Source: a virus
Taxonomy: Duplodnaviria; Caudoviricetes
DNA length: 62,910 bases
Virus record (IMG/VR): IMGVR_UViG_3300037522_000055
Location: 1-62,910 of that record
Reading direction: 5' to 3' (one strand)
Positions 1 to 7,910 of the stretch are shown here, piece by piece; position 1 is the first letter of the stretch, and every line of letters starts with the position of its first letter. The notes beneath the pieces are model-generated. The model had not been told where the DNA came from. It did no database searches and saw only the letters and a program-made list of their open reading frames with translations. A program made the position numbers and the translations under genes.

Positions 1-544
1 CGTCCGGGCCGTCTACCATCGCCAGGATCTTGGCGTCCAAGTCGTCAACGACCGGGGCGTCGGGCAGTCCGATCGCGCCGTACAGGTCCGCGCCGTACAG
101 GTCCGCGCCGTACAGGTCCGCGCCGTACAGGTCCGCGCCTTCCAGGATCGCGCCTTCCAGGTCCGCGCCTCGCAGGTCCGCGCCTTGTAGGTCCGCGCGT
201 CGCAGGTCCGCGCCTGCGAGGCGCGTACCTACAAGGCTCGCGACTCGCAGGTCCGCGCGTCGCAGGTCCGCGCCTCGCAGGTCCGCGCGTCGTAGGTTCG
301 CGCCTTGCAGGTCCGCGCGTCGCAGGTTCGCGACTCGCAGGTCCGCGCGTCGCAGGTCCGCGCCGTACAGGTCCGCGCCTTGCAGGTTCGCGCCGTACAG
401 GTACGCGCCTCGCAGGTTCACGCCTCGCAGGTCCGCGCCTTGTAGGTCCGCGCCTTGCAGGTCCGCGCGTCGCAGGTCCGCGCCGTACAGGTCCGCGCCT
501 TGTAGGTTCGCGTATGGTTCGATCGTGTATCCGTTGGCTTTCAT
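1..544 (-). CDS. Pentapeptide-repeat protein, type A C-terminus (5' part; continues across the window junction into 62910..62696)
   Basis: ATG at 544 (MKANGYTIEP...) followed by A(D/N)LxxA repeats and [25 protein letters not shown]. Joining to 62696..62910 gives 759 nt in frame, 3 nt shorter than paralogues at the junction. Confidence 0.85.
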   Translation of the reverse strand, partial: MKANGYTIEPYANLQGADLYGADLRRADLQGADLQGADLRGVNLRGAYLYGANLQGADLYGADLRRADLRVANLRRADLQGANLRRADLRGADLRRADLRVASLVGTRLAGADLRRADLQGADLRGADLEGAILEGADLYGADLYGADLYGADLYGAIGLPDAPVVDDLDAKILAMVDGPD

Positions 545-575
545 TTTCTTAGGTCCTTTGTTCTGGGTTGCGGGG

Positions 576-1112
576 CTAGGCGCCTCGGAGGTCCGCAAGC
601 GCTTCGTCCGTCGTCGCGTAGAAATCTGGCACGCGGCCCGTCGACGCGTAGTAGATCAAAGAACCCGCCGTCGCCGATCCCAGTCGCGATTCGAGATCGT
701 ATCCCGCTTCGCCCGCGAGATGGATCGCCCATCCCGCGCGGCAATGGGTAGTCTCACACGTGTGCCATACGGACATGTCCAGCGATCCGTGTGCGTCCGG
801 TCCGTCGACCATCGCCAGTATCTTGGCGTCCAAATCGTCGACGCTCGGTGCGTCGGGCAGTCCGATCGCGCCGTACAGGATCGCGCCTTCCAGGTCCGCG
901 CCTCGCAGGTTCGCGCCTTCCAGTCGCGCGCCTCGCAGGTTCGCGCCTTCCAGGATCGCGTTTCGCAGTTTCGCGCCTTGTAGGTTCGCGCCTCGCAGGT
1001 TCGCGCCTTCCAGTCGCGCGCCTCGCAGGTCCGCGCCTTCCAGGTTCGCGCCTTTCAGATTCGCGCGTCGCAGGTCCGCGCCGGGTTCGATTGCATATCC
1101 GTCGACTTTCAT
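576..1112 (-). CDS. Pentapeptide-repeat protein, type A C-terminal domain ([12 protein letters not shown])
   Basis: ORF with A(D/N)LxxA repeats; leader AACAAAGGACCTAAGAAA before ATG. Confidence 0.9.
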   Translation of the reverse strand: MKVDGYAIEPGADLRRANLKGANLEGADLRGARLEGANLRGANLQGAKLRNAILEGANLRGARLEGANLRGADLEGAILYGAIGLPDAPSVDDLDAKILAMVDGPDAHGSLDMSVWHTCETTHCRAGWAIHLAGEAGYDLESRLGSATAGSLIYYASTGRVPDFYATTDEALADLRGA

Positions 1113-1151
1113 TTTCTTAGGTCCTTTGTTTGGGGGTTGTCGCTTCGGGGG

Positions 1152-1901
1152 TTAGGCGCCTCGGAGGTCCGCAAGCGCTTCGTCCGTCGTCGCGTAGAAA
1201 TTCGGGATCCGACCCGTCGACGCGTGGTAGATCAGAGCACCCGCTGTCGCCGATCCCAGTCGCGATTCGAGATCGTATCCCGCTTCGCCCGCGAGATGGA
1301 TCGCCCATCCCGCGCGGCAATGCGTAGTCTCACACGCGTGCCACGTCTCCATATCCAGCGATCCGTGTGCGTCCGGGCCGTCTACCATCGCCAGGATCTT
1401 GGCGTCCAAGTCGTCGACGATCGGTGTGTCGGGCAGTCCGATCGCGTTTCGCAGGTCCGCGCCGTACAGGTACGCGCCTCGCAGGCACGCGCCTCGCAGG
1501 TTCGCGCCTTCCAGGATCGCGTTTCGCAGTTTCGCGCCTCGCAGGTTCGCGCCTCGCAGGTTCGCGCCTTCCAGTCGCGCGCCTTCCAGTCGCGCGCCTC
1601 GCAGGTTCGCGCCTTCGAGTAGCGCGCCTTCCAGGTTCGCGCCTTCGAGTAGCGCGTATCGCAGGTACGCGCCGCCTTCCAGGTCCGCGCCTCGCAGGTC
1701 CGCGTATCGCAGGTTCGCGTATCGCAGGTTCGCGCCTTCCAGGTCCGCGCCTCGCAGGTCCGCGCCTTGTAGTAGCGCGCCTTCGAGTAGCGCGCCTTCC
1801 AGGTTCGCGCCTCGCAGGTCCGCGCCTTCCAGGTTCGCGCCTTCCAGGTCCGCGGATCGCAGGTCCGCGCCGGGTTCGATTGTATATCCGTTGACTTTCA
1901 T
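1152..1901 (-). CDS. Pentapeptide-repeat protein, type A
   Basis: Start [10 protein letters not shown] at 1901 after the shared RBS leader; long pentapeptide tract. Confidence 0.9.
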   Translation of the reverse strand: MKVNGYTIEPGADLRSADLEGANLEGADLRGANLEGALLEGALLQGADLRGADLEGANLRYANLRYADLRGADLEGGAYLRYALLEGANLEGALLEGANLRGARLEGARLEGANLRGANLRGAKLRNAILEGANLRGACLRGAYLYGADLRNAIGLPDTPIVDDLDAKILAMVDGPDAHGSLDMETWHACETTHCRAGWAIHLAGEAGYDLESRLGSATAGALIYHASTGRIPNFYATTDEALADLRGA

Positions 1902-1932
1902 TTTCTTAGGTCCTTTGTTCTGGGTTGCGGGG

Positions 1933-2514
1933 CTAGGCGCCTCGGAGGTCCGCAAGCGCTTCGTCCGTCGTCGCGTAGAAATTCGGGATCCGACCCGTCG
2001 ACGCGTAGTAGATCAAAGAACCCGCCGTCGCCGATCCCAGTCGCGATTCGAGATCGTATCCCGCTTCGCCCGCGAGATGGATCGCCCATCCCGCGCGGCA
2101 ATGCGTAGTCTCACACGTGTGCCACACGTCCATGTCTAACGATCCGTGCGCGTCCGGGCCGTCTACCATCGCCAGGATCTTGGCGTCCAAGTCGTCAACG
2201 ACCGGGGCGTCGGGCAGTCCGATCGCGTTTCGCAGTTTCGCGTATCGTAGGTTCGCGCCTTCCAGTCGCGCGCCTTCCAGGTTCGCGCCTTCCAGTCGCG
2301 CGCCTTCCAGGTTCGCGCCTTCCAGGTTCGCGTATCGTAGGTTCGCGCCTTCCAGGTTCGCGTATCGTAGGTTCGCGCCTTCCAGGTTCGCGCCTTCCAG
2401 GTTCGCGCCTCGCAGTCGCGCGTATCGCAGGTTCGCGCCTTCCAGGTTCGCGCCTTGCAAGTTCGCGCCTTGTAGTCGCGCGTCGGGTTCGATTGTATAT
2501 CCGTTGATTTTCAT
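1933..2514 (-). CDS. Pentapeptide-repeat protein, type A
   Basis: Same architecture as neighbouring paralogues. Confidence 0.9.
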   Translation of the reverse strand: MKINGYTIEPDARLQGANLQGANLEGANLRYARLRGANLEGANLEGANLRYANLEGANLRYANLEGANLEGARLEGANLEGARLEGANLRYAKLRNAIGLPDAPVVDDLDAKILAMVDGPDAHGSLDMDVWHTCETTHCRAGWAIHLAGEAGYDLESRLGSATAGSLIYYASTGRIPNFYATTDEALADLRGA

Positions 2515-2580
2515 TTTCTTAGGTCCTTTGTTCGGGGTTGTCGCTTCGGGGTTGTCGCTTCGGGGTTAGGCGTCCGACGC

Positions 2581-2790
2581 CTAAAGCCATACCGCGTCAC
2601 GAGCGTCGACGTCCGAGAGATCGCCACAATCAGCTACAGCGCGATCGAAGTCGTCGACGTATGCGGCCCACTCCCCGTTGGGGTCGTTCGCTACAAGCCA
2701 GCCAAGGCATCGTGTGAGCGACCACGCGTCAAGCTCGACGCGGGTGTCCGCGATCTCCAGTGGTCCGCGTTGCGTCTGAATGGTATGCAT
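2581..2790 (-). CDS. Hypothetical early protein
   Basis: Likely start MHTIQTQRG at 2790; tightly packed with 2795..2989. Confidence 0.55.
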   Translation of the reverse strand: MHTIQTQRGPLEIADTRVELDAWSLTRCLGWLVANDPNGEWAAYVDDFDRAVADCGDLSDVDARDAVWL

Positions 2791-2794
2791 CGGG

Positions 2795-2989
2795 CTAGCC
2801 TTCAATCTCGGTGATAAGGTCCATACCGCCGCTCTCAATGGCGCCAGCGAGCGAAACAAGCTCCGGCGTCGACTCGACGGGGGAGAACCAGGGGAAATGC
2901 CGGCCGGCATTCAGGGTCTCGGCCCAAAGGTCGATCTCGCGGGTCTTCGGGGTCTTGATTGCCGTCGGGGTTCCGGGTTTCGTGTCCAT
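2795..2989 (-). CDS. Hypothetical early protein
   Basis: ORF MDTKPG..., first gene of the leftward early unit. Confidence 0.5.
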   Translation of the reverse strand: MDTKPGTPTAIKTPKTREIDLWAETLNAGRHFPWFSPVESTPELVSLAGAIESGGMDLITEIEG

Positions 2990-3114
2990 GAATCTACTAT
3001 AGGGCATCGCCCCGGGCCTGTCTAGAGAAAATCGACATAAATCGCCTTCAATGTCGATTTTTTCTTGGCCGTGGGATTCGGCCCTGCGGCCCTGCCCACG
3101 GCCCTAACCTACGC

Positions 3115-3222
3115 GGCCTGCCCGCGGCCCTGCCCACGGCCCGTGACCACGGCCTGCCCGCGGCCCTGCCCACGGCCCGTGACCACGGCCTGCCCGCGGC
3201 CCTGCCCACGGCCCGTGACCAC
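3115..3222. repeat. 36-bp GC-rich tandem repeat x3
   Basis: GGCCTGCCCGCGGCCCTGCCCACGGCCCGTGACCAC at 3115, 3151, 3187. Confidence 0.95.
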
Positions 3223-3290
3223 GTGGATGTAATGTCTACATATGTCCATCGTCCACTGGGATACTCCCAGAGAGTACTTATCCCTAGTGG

Positions 3291-3337
3291 TCGACACCGA
3301 TCGACATCGATCGACATCGATCGACATCGATCGACAT
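3291..3337. repeat. 10-bp tandem repeat TCGACATCGA
   Basis: About 4.7 copies (first copy TCGACACCGA). Confidence 0.9.
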
Positions 3338-3604
3338 AGGTCTAATTATGCGGTATGGTTAGGAATTTTATTTCTATCGAAACGCAAGACATAGGTCGAC
3401 ACCGATCGTGGTTAAAACACCGCTGAGCGACATCCTGAAATGTAAGTATAACAACAATCTCGGTATTTTAAATAAACGTATTCTGTGGAAAATTACACTA
3501 CACGTTTGAGCTTTTATTTAATGTTTGTATTGTGGCTTACAATTAAATCCTAAACCATATTGCTTTGTAGTAGAGGGCGAGCGCGCCCTGCGCCCACGGA
3601 GGCG

Positions 3605-3693
3605 CCCTTGCCCTCGCCCTCGCCCTTGCCCTCGCCCTCGCCCTGCCCTCGCCCTCGGCCTGCCGCCCTGCCCTCGCCCTGCCCTCGCCCTGC
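3605..3693. repeat. Low-complexity CCCTCG/CCCTG tract
   Basis: Run of 5-6-mer units. Confidence 0.8.
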
Positions 3694-3835
3694 CCGCGTG
3701 ACCATATACATAGGGCAACGTATGGTCACGTATGGTCACTCTAGGTCCGTGGTCCCCACTCACGTGAATCCGCGTGACCATATACATAGGGCAACGTATG
3801 GTCACGTATGGTCACTCTAGGTCCGTGGTCCCCAC
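3694..3835. repeat. 66-bp direct repeat x2 (period 76)
   Basis: CCGCGTGACCATATACATAGGGCAACGTATGGTCACGTATGGTCACTCTAGGTCCGTGGTCCCCAC at 3694 and 3770. Confidence 0.9.
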
Positions 3836-4055
3836 CTCAATGTAAGCAGTGCTTCCATCCGTAACCCTTTGAAATCACTTGGGCATGGGGGTTGAGTCCC
3901 AGTGGGGGCCGAGCCTCCGGGCGGCAGCCCCCGCCACGTAAGGTCACGCGATCGTTGGGATTAGTTGGGGGCTACAGACCGGGGGGGAACCCCCCACCCC
4001 CCTTTCGTCCCCGGGGCCTCGAGTCCCCATGCTCTGGCGTAGGACTAACGGAAAT

Positions 4056-4225
4056 AAATGATCAATTTTCAAATTTCGGATTTCAGGAGAAATGATCAAT
4101 TTTCAAATTTCGGATTTCAGGAGAAATGATCAATTTTCACATTTCGGAATTTTCGAATTCAGGATCAATTTTCAAATTTCGGAATATGAGATTTCGGATT
4201 TCAGGATTTTTCAAAAATCCGAAAT
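4056..4225. repeat. AT-rich 34-bp tandem repeats plus degenerate ATTTCGGA copies (possible origin iterons)
   Basis: AAATGATCAATTTTCAAATTTCGGATTTCAGGAG at 4056 and 4090, partial at 4124, further degenerate copies; AT-rich island in a GC-rich genome. Confidence 0.8.
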
Positions 4226-4350
4226 CACTTGGGTTTTAGGTTTTGTTATCGGCAGCTCGATATTCGTGCCGCCCTGGCGGTCGTCAGGGCTCGAGGTTTC
4301 ACAACTTTCAAAAGTTTCTGAAAGTTTAAAAACAGAAACCAGGTTCTATT

Positions 4351-4404
4351 GTGGGTCCTTTTAGACCCGGGTCTAAAAGGACCCAGGTACTCGAGCTCGC
4401 GCCG
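4351..4404. repeat. 54-bp direct repeat, left copy, containing a perfect 34-bp palindrome
   Basis: TGGGTCCTTTTAGACCCGGGTCTAAAAGGACCCA at 4352-4385; the 54 bp are identical to 6786..6839. Confidence 0.95.
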
Positions 4405-4549
4405 GTCGGCTGCGCCGGGGTCTTTTTAGACCTAACGGCAACTCAACTAGCCACCTACGCGACAAACTGGCACATACCAAAAATCTAAAATGCGAATATT
4501 TAAAAGATCGTGCCGTGGCACGGTACGTGTATTCTTTTTACGTCAACGC

Positions 4550-4635
4550 GGCAGGGCTGGACTAGGCACGGCCGGGCTGGGCATGGCAAGACAAGGAACT
4601 GGCAGTGGGGTGCGATGACTTCAATTCCACTGCAC
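4550..4635 (+). ncRNA. Putative guide-like RNA unit 1: (GGC-NN)x9 plus hairpin tail
   Basis: NN = AG TG TA AC CG TG AT AA AA (two units are GAC instead of GGC), then GGAACTGGCAGTGGGG...TCCACTGCAC. Confidence 0.65.
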
Positions 4636-4697
4636 CAAACGAAGAGCGATTTTGCTCTTCGTTGAAACCCAAGGCAACGTACGAAAGGAACAAGTAA

Positions 4698-5255
4698 ATG
4701 CGCGTAGCAACAGTTGAAATCAAAGGCGTCTCCCCTTATTCCCAGTGTCGGCCCGTGCCCTCGACGAAGGAGCCGAAGGAAACACACGAGGACTTCGAGA
4801 AGCGCACGTGGAAAGAGCGCGCCCACATTGATGACGAAGGGCGCGCGTTCATTCCGCCGATGGCGTGGAAGATTGGGATTGCGGAGGCGGCAAAATTCCT
4901 TTCAATCCAAATCCCCGGAAAAGGGAAGTCGACGTACACCAAACACTTCGAGGCCGGAGTCTTGGTGACCGAGCCGGCGTACATCGGCGCCACCGCGGAC
5001 GACATGCAAAGCGAGTGGTTGTTCGTTCCAGCGACCGGCCGGCGCGGCGATGGTAAACGCGTGTGGAAGTGCTTCCCGAAGTTCTCGAAGTGGGCTTGTA
5101 CTGTCACGTTCTACATCCTCGACGATACGATCACAAAAGACGTGTTCGCCCAGCACATCGAAGAGATGGGCAAGTTCATCGGGGTCGGCCGGTTCCGAGC
5201 ACGCAACAACGGATTCTACGGCCGCTTCGAGGTCATGAAGGTGAACTGGAGTTAA
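4698..5255 (+). CDS. Solo Cas7/RAMP-like protein (candidate Vipr-like effector)
   Basis: N-terminal strand VEIKGVSPY, FIPPMAWKIGIAEAA (RAMP IPxxxxKG-like motif), C-terminal Gly-rich loop GKFIGVGRFRARNNGFYGRFEV; RBS GAAAGGAA. Confidence 0.75.
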   Translation: MRVATVEIKGVSPYSQCRPVPSTKEPKETHEDFEKRTWKERAHIDDEGRAFIPPMAWKIGIAEAAKFLSIQIPGKGKSTYTKHFEAGVLVTEPAYIGATADDMQSEWLFVPATGRRGDGKRVWKCFPKFSKWACTVTFYILDDTITKDVFAQHIEEMGKFIGVGRFRARNNGFYGRFEVMKVNWS

Positions 5256-5259
5256 CCGC

Positions 5260-5455
5260 GGCGAGGCTTGGCGTGGCAAGGCGCGGCTAGGCAGGGCGAG
5301 GCGGGGCAAGGAACTGGCAGTGGGTGCGATGACTTCAATCCCACTGCACTACCTCGGCCCGGCGTGGCATGGCCAGGCGTGGCTTGGCTAGGCAGGGCTC
5401 GGCATGGCGTGGCAAGGAACTGGCAGTGGGTGCGATGACTTCAATCCCACTGCAC
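5260..5455 (+). ncRNA. Putative guide-like RNA units 2 and 3: (GGC-NN)x10 and x12, each with hairpin tail
   Basis: Unit 2 (5260-5309) NN = GA TT GT AA GC TA AG GA GG AA; unit 3 (5356-5415) NN = CC GT AT CA GT TT TA AG TC AT GT AA; tail GGAACTGGCAGTGGGTGCGATGACTTCAATCCCACTGCAC. Confidence 0.7.
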
Positions 5456-5482
5456 TACCCAACACAACTGATAGGAGAGAAC

Positions 5483-5686
5483 ATGGCGGACAAACGAAGC
5501 GTGGAAGAGTGGAAGAACGGCGTGACAATCAAGAAGACTCGGGACGGATATAGTTGGACGGTGGCCGTCGCTGCGGACGCGAACACAGGTGATGCGTTGC
5601 TGGCTGCTACGGAGACAGCGCACACGATCGAGGTGCGGCTGCGCGATATGTACCCGGACGCGGATGGGAAACGGCGCCGGTCATGA
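5483..5686 (+). CDS. Small hypothetical protein inside the repeat locus
   Basis: ATG 5483 with RBS AGGAGAG; 67 aa. Confidence 0.7.
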   Translation: MADKRSVEEWKNGVTIKKTRDGYSWTVAVAADANTGDALLAATETAHTIEVRLRDMYPDADGKRRRS

Positions 5687-5702
5687 CTGAGAAGTAGAAC
5701 GC

Positions 5703-5807
5703 GGCTGGGCGCGGCTTGGCGGGGCTGGGCGAGGCATGGCCTGGCGGGGCTGGGCGAGGCGGGGCAAGGAACTGGCAGTGGGTGCGATGACTTCAATCCC
5801 ACTGCAC
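5703..5807 (+). ncRNA. Putative guide-like RNA unit 4: (GGC-NN)x13 plus tail
   Basis: NN = TG GC TT GG TG GA AT CT GG TG GA GG AA. Confidence 0.7.
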
Positions 5808-5869
5808 CAAGCGAAAAGGAATTCTTCCTCTTCGTTGAAACCCAAGGCAACGTACGAAAGGAAATAACA

Positions 5870-6385
5870 GTGAGTATCAAAGGAAAAGGAACCGGTGGGG
5901 TACCCCATCCCGATGCGCAAATTCTTGTGAGTTTGCTGCGAGAGGTCGAGCCTGGAGGGGTTGTGACCTACAAAGCGCTGAACAGCGCAATCGCAGGCGA
6001 CGTGCAAGGGCGATCCCGAAGTCGCCTTGTTACGGCGCGTCGTATCGCACAAAATCAACACGCTATTACGTTCGGGACTCTCACCAACGAAGGACTTCGC
6101 CGGCTGACCAGCAGCGAGCTCGCGACCAGCGACGCTGAAAAGCAAACAAGTTCGATCGGGCGTAAGGCCCGGCGGGCTTCAAAGCGCTTACAGTGCGCGG
6201 ACCAATCGGAACTTTCATCGGAAGAGCAGGTATCACTCGTGCTTCACTCCAGTGTACAGTTCGTCGTCTCGCACACGACGAAGAAACGATCTCGCGCTCG
6301 GCTCGAAGCCAAGCTCGAGAAGTCCCAAGCAAAGGCAATCTCCCTGAACGAGACGTTGCTGTTGTTCGGGGACACCGAGAAGTAG
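5870..6385 (+). CDS. Basic hypothetical protein (possible winged-helix DNA-binding accessory)
   Basis: GTG start after the same hairpin/RBS leader as the Cas7-like gene; K/R-rich. Confidence 0.7.
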   Translation: MSIKGKGTGGVPHPDAQILVSLLREVEPGGVVTYKALNSAIAGDVQGRSRSRLVTARRIAQNQHAITFGTLTNEGLRRLTSSELATSDAEKQTSSIGRKARRASKRLQCADQSELSSEEQVSLVLHSSVQFVVSHTTKKRSRARLEAKLEKSQAKAISLNETLLLFGDTEK

Positions 6386-6390
6386 AACGC

Positions 6391-6790
6391 GGCTGGGCAG
6401 GGCTTGGCAGGGCTGGGCAGGGCGAGGCAGGGCGAGGCAAGGCGTGGCGAGGCATGGCAAGGAATTGGCAGTGGACTTCAATCCCACTGCACTACCTCGG
6501 CCCGGCTGGGCAGGGCGAGGCATGGCTCGGCATGGCAAGGCGGGGCAAGGCAAGGAACTGGCAGTGGGTGCGATGACTTCAATCCCACTGCGCTACCTCG
6601 GCAGGGCCAGGCGTGGCGAGGCATGGCATGGCTGGGCTCGGCATGGCGTGGCGAGGCATGGCAAGGAACTGGCAGTGGGTGCGATGACTTCAATCCCACT
6701 GCACTACCTCGGCCCGGCGTGGCTGGGCATGGCGTGGCACGGCTGGGCTCGGCATGGCAGGGCGAGGCATGGCAAGGAACTGGCAGTGGG
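6391..6790 (+). ncRNA. Putative guide-like RNA units 5-8: (GGC-NN)x14, x11, x13, x13 with tails
   Basis: Tracts at 6391-6460, 6499-6553, 6600-6664, 6711-6775, linked by tail plus TACCTC; unit 5 tail has an internal deletion and unit 8 tail is truncated by the palindromic repeat. Confidence 0.7.
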
Positions 6791-6839
6791 TCCTTTTAGA
6801 CCCGGGTCTAAAAGGACCCAGGTACTCGAGCTCGCGCCG
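6786..6839. repeat. 54-bp direct repeat, right copy (palindromic)
   Basis: Identical to 4351..4404. Confidence 0.95.
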
Positions 6840-6889
6840 ATACGAAACGTCGGCTTTTAACTAGAAGGCCCGACGTTTCGTATCGGCGC
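6834..6889. other. 20-bp perfect inverted repeat (hairpin)
   Basis: GCGCCGATACGAAACGTCGG ... CCGACGTTTCGTATCGGCGC. Confidence 0.85.
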
Positions 6890-7091
6890 ACTACCTCAGT
6901 TACCTTTACTAGCGAACTAGTGTAGTAACAACTCTGTTACCAAGGGAGCGTCCGAGTTACTGTAACGTGCCAGAACTAGCACTTAAAGTGTGTATTCGAG
7001 CACGTTACGACAAGTATTGGCGTGTTACCAGAACAGTAACGGAACCGCCGTCTCGGCAACCCCGTGCCCAGGCGTGCTACACTAAGTTATT

Positions 7092-7379
7092 ATGACTAAT
7101 TCGAAACCTGATGAGGCGAGTCCTGAGATCGTCGTACTACCACCAACACCTACTCCCGATCAGGTGGCGAAGTTTGTAATCGCGATTATGCACGGACAGG
7201 ATGTTGTTGTTGACGGCGTGGCTGTAAAGCCGTCGGTAAGCGATCAAATACAGGCTTGTGTAATCGTAGCTAAGTATTCAACGCCTTCAGTGTCGGACGT
7301 CGTGACTGTAAAGCCGTCGGTAAAAGATCAACTACAAGCTTGCGAACTCGTGCTGCGGCGATCGTTCGAACAATCCTAA
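7092..7379 (+). CDS. Small protein paralogous to the downstream TerS-like gene
   Basis: IAIMHGQDV and KPSV(S/K)DQ(I/L)QAC twice, versus IAIMRGQGV and PSVKDQLKAW; extended -10-like TGCTACACT upstream. Confidence 0.65.
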   Translation: MTNSKPDEASPEIVVLPPTPTPDQVAKFVIAIMHGQDVVVDGVAVKPSVSDQIQACVIVAKYSTPSVSDVVTVKPSVKDQLQACELVLRRSFEQS

Positions 7380-7888
7380 TGTCCCACACTAAAGATAAGA
7401 CCGAGCTCGTCGACGCGCCGCAGCGAGAATCCGTCGCCGAGGATGGGACCAAGCGCATCAACGGGCGCTTCGCTCCCGGCGTCAGTGGCAACCCAGGTGG
7501 CCGCGGGAAGCGGGCGTTCAACCTAACGAAGATCATCCAGGCCCGCACCGATCCCGACGAGATGTACAACATCCTGATCGCGATCATGCGTGGTCAGGGC
7601 GTCCGCGTCATGGACGGCGGATCGTTCGCGCCGGAGGGACCCATCAACTCAACGGTGCCGATTCAGATGCCGTCGGTGAAGGACCAGTTGAAGGCGTGGC
7701 AGATGTTGGCCGAGTGGGGCTTCGTCAAACCGCCGACGCAAAAGCAAGTGTCGATCGACGACAATCGATCGCTGCCCCGGGCCGGATTCGACGAGCGAAA
7801 GCTTACCGGCGACCAGCTCGCCACGCTGGCCGGAATCCTTGACTCGGCGCGGTCACTGCCGGCGCATGAGGACGGGGACGACGACTAG
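7379..7888 (+). CDS. Putative terminase small subunit (DUF5681-like)
   Basis: GRFAPGVSGNPGGR motif; lies upstream of TerL. Confidence 0.65.
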   Translation: MSHTKDKTELVDAPQRESVAEDGTKRINGRFAPGVSGNPGGRGKRAFNLTKIIQARTDPDEMYNILIAIMRGQGVRVMDGGSFAPEGPINSTVPIQMPSVKDQLKAWQMLAEWGFVKPPTQKQVSIDDNRSLPRAGFDERKLTGDQLATLAGILDSARSLPAHEDGDDD

Positions 7889-7910
7889 TAGTCGTCCCAG
7901 TCAGACCACA

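Noticed and set aside
30-2569. Long + strand SAP/RRFAP ORFs (also 8215..8724, 9563..10200, 45110..45814, 56612..57226)
   Set aside because: Antisense shadows of the pentapeptide genes.
4352-4385. Protelomerase (telRL) site
   Set aside because: The palindrome is suggestive, but it occurs twice and no protelomerase gene was recognised.
4550-6790. Canonical CRISPR array (constant ~40-nt repeat with variable spacers)
   Set aside because: The intervening sequences are GGC-NN pentamer tracts rather than foreign-derived spacers, and no cas1, cas2 or cas6 is visible.
5369-6860. ORFs across the pentamer tracts (5369..5482 extension, 6404..6799, 6444..6860 and antisense ORFs)
   Set aside because: Low-complexity ARHG/AWQG translations caused by stop-free repeats.
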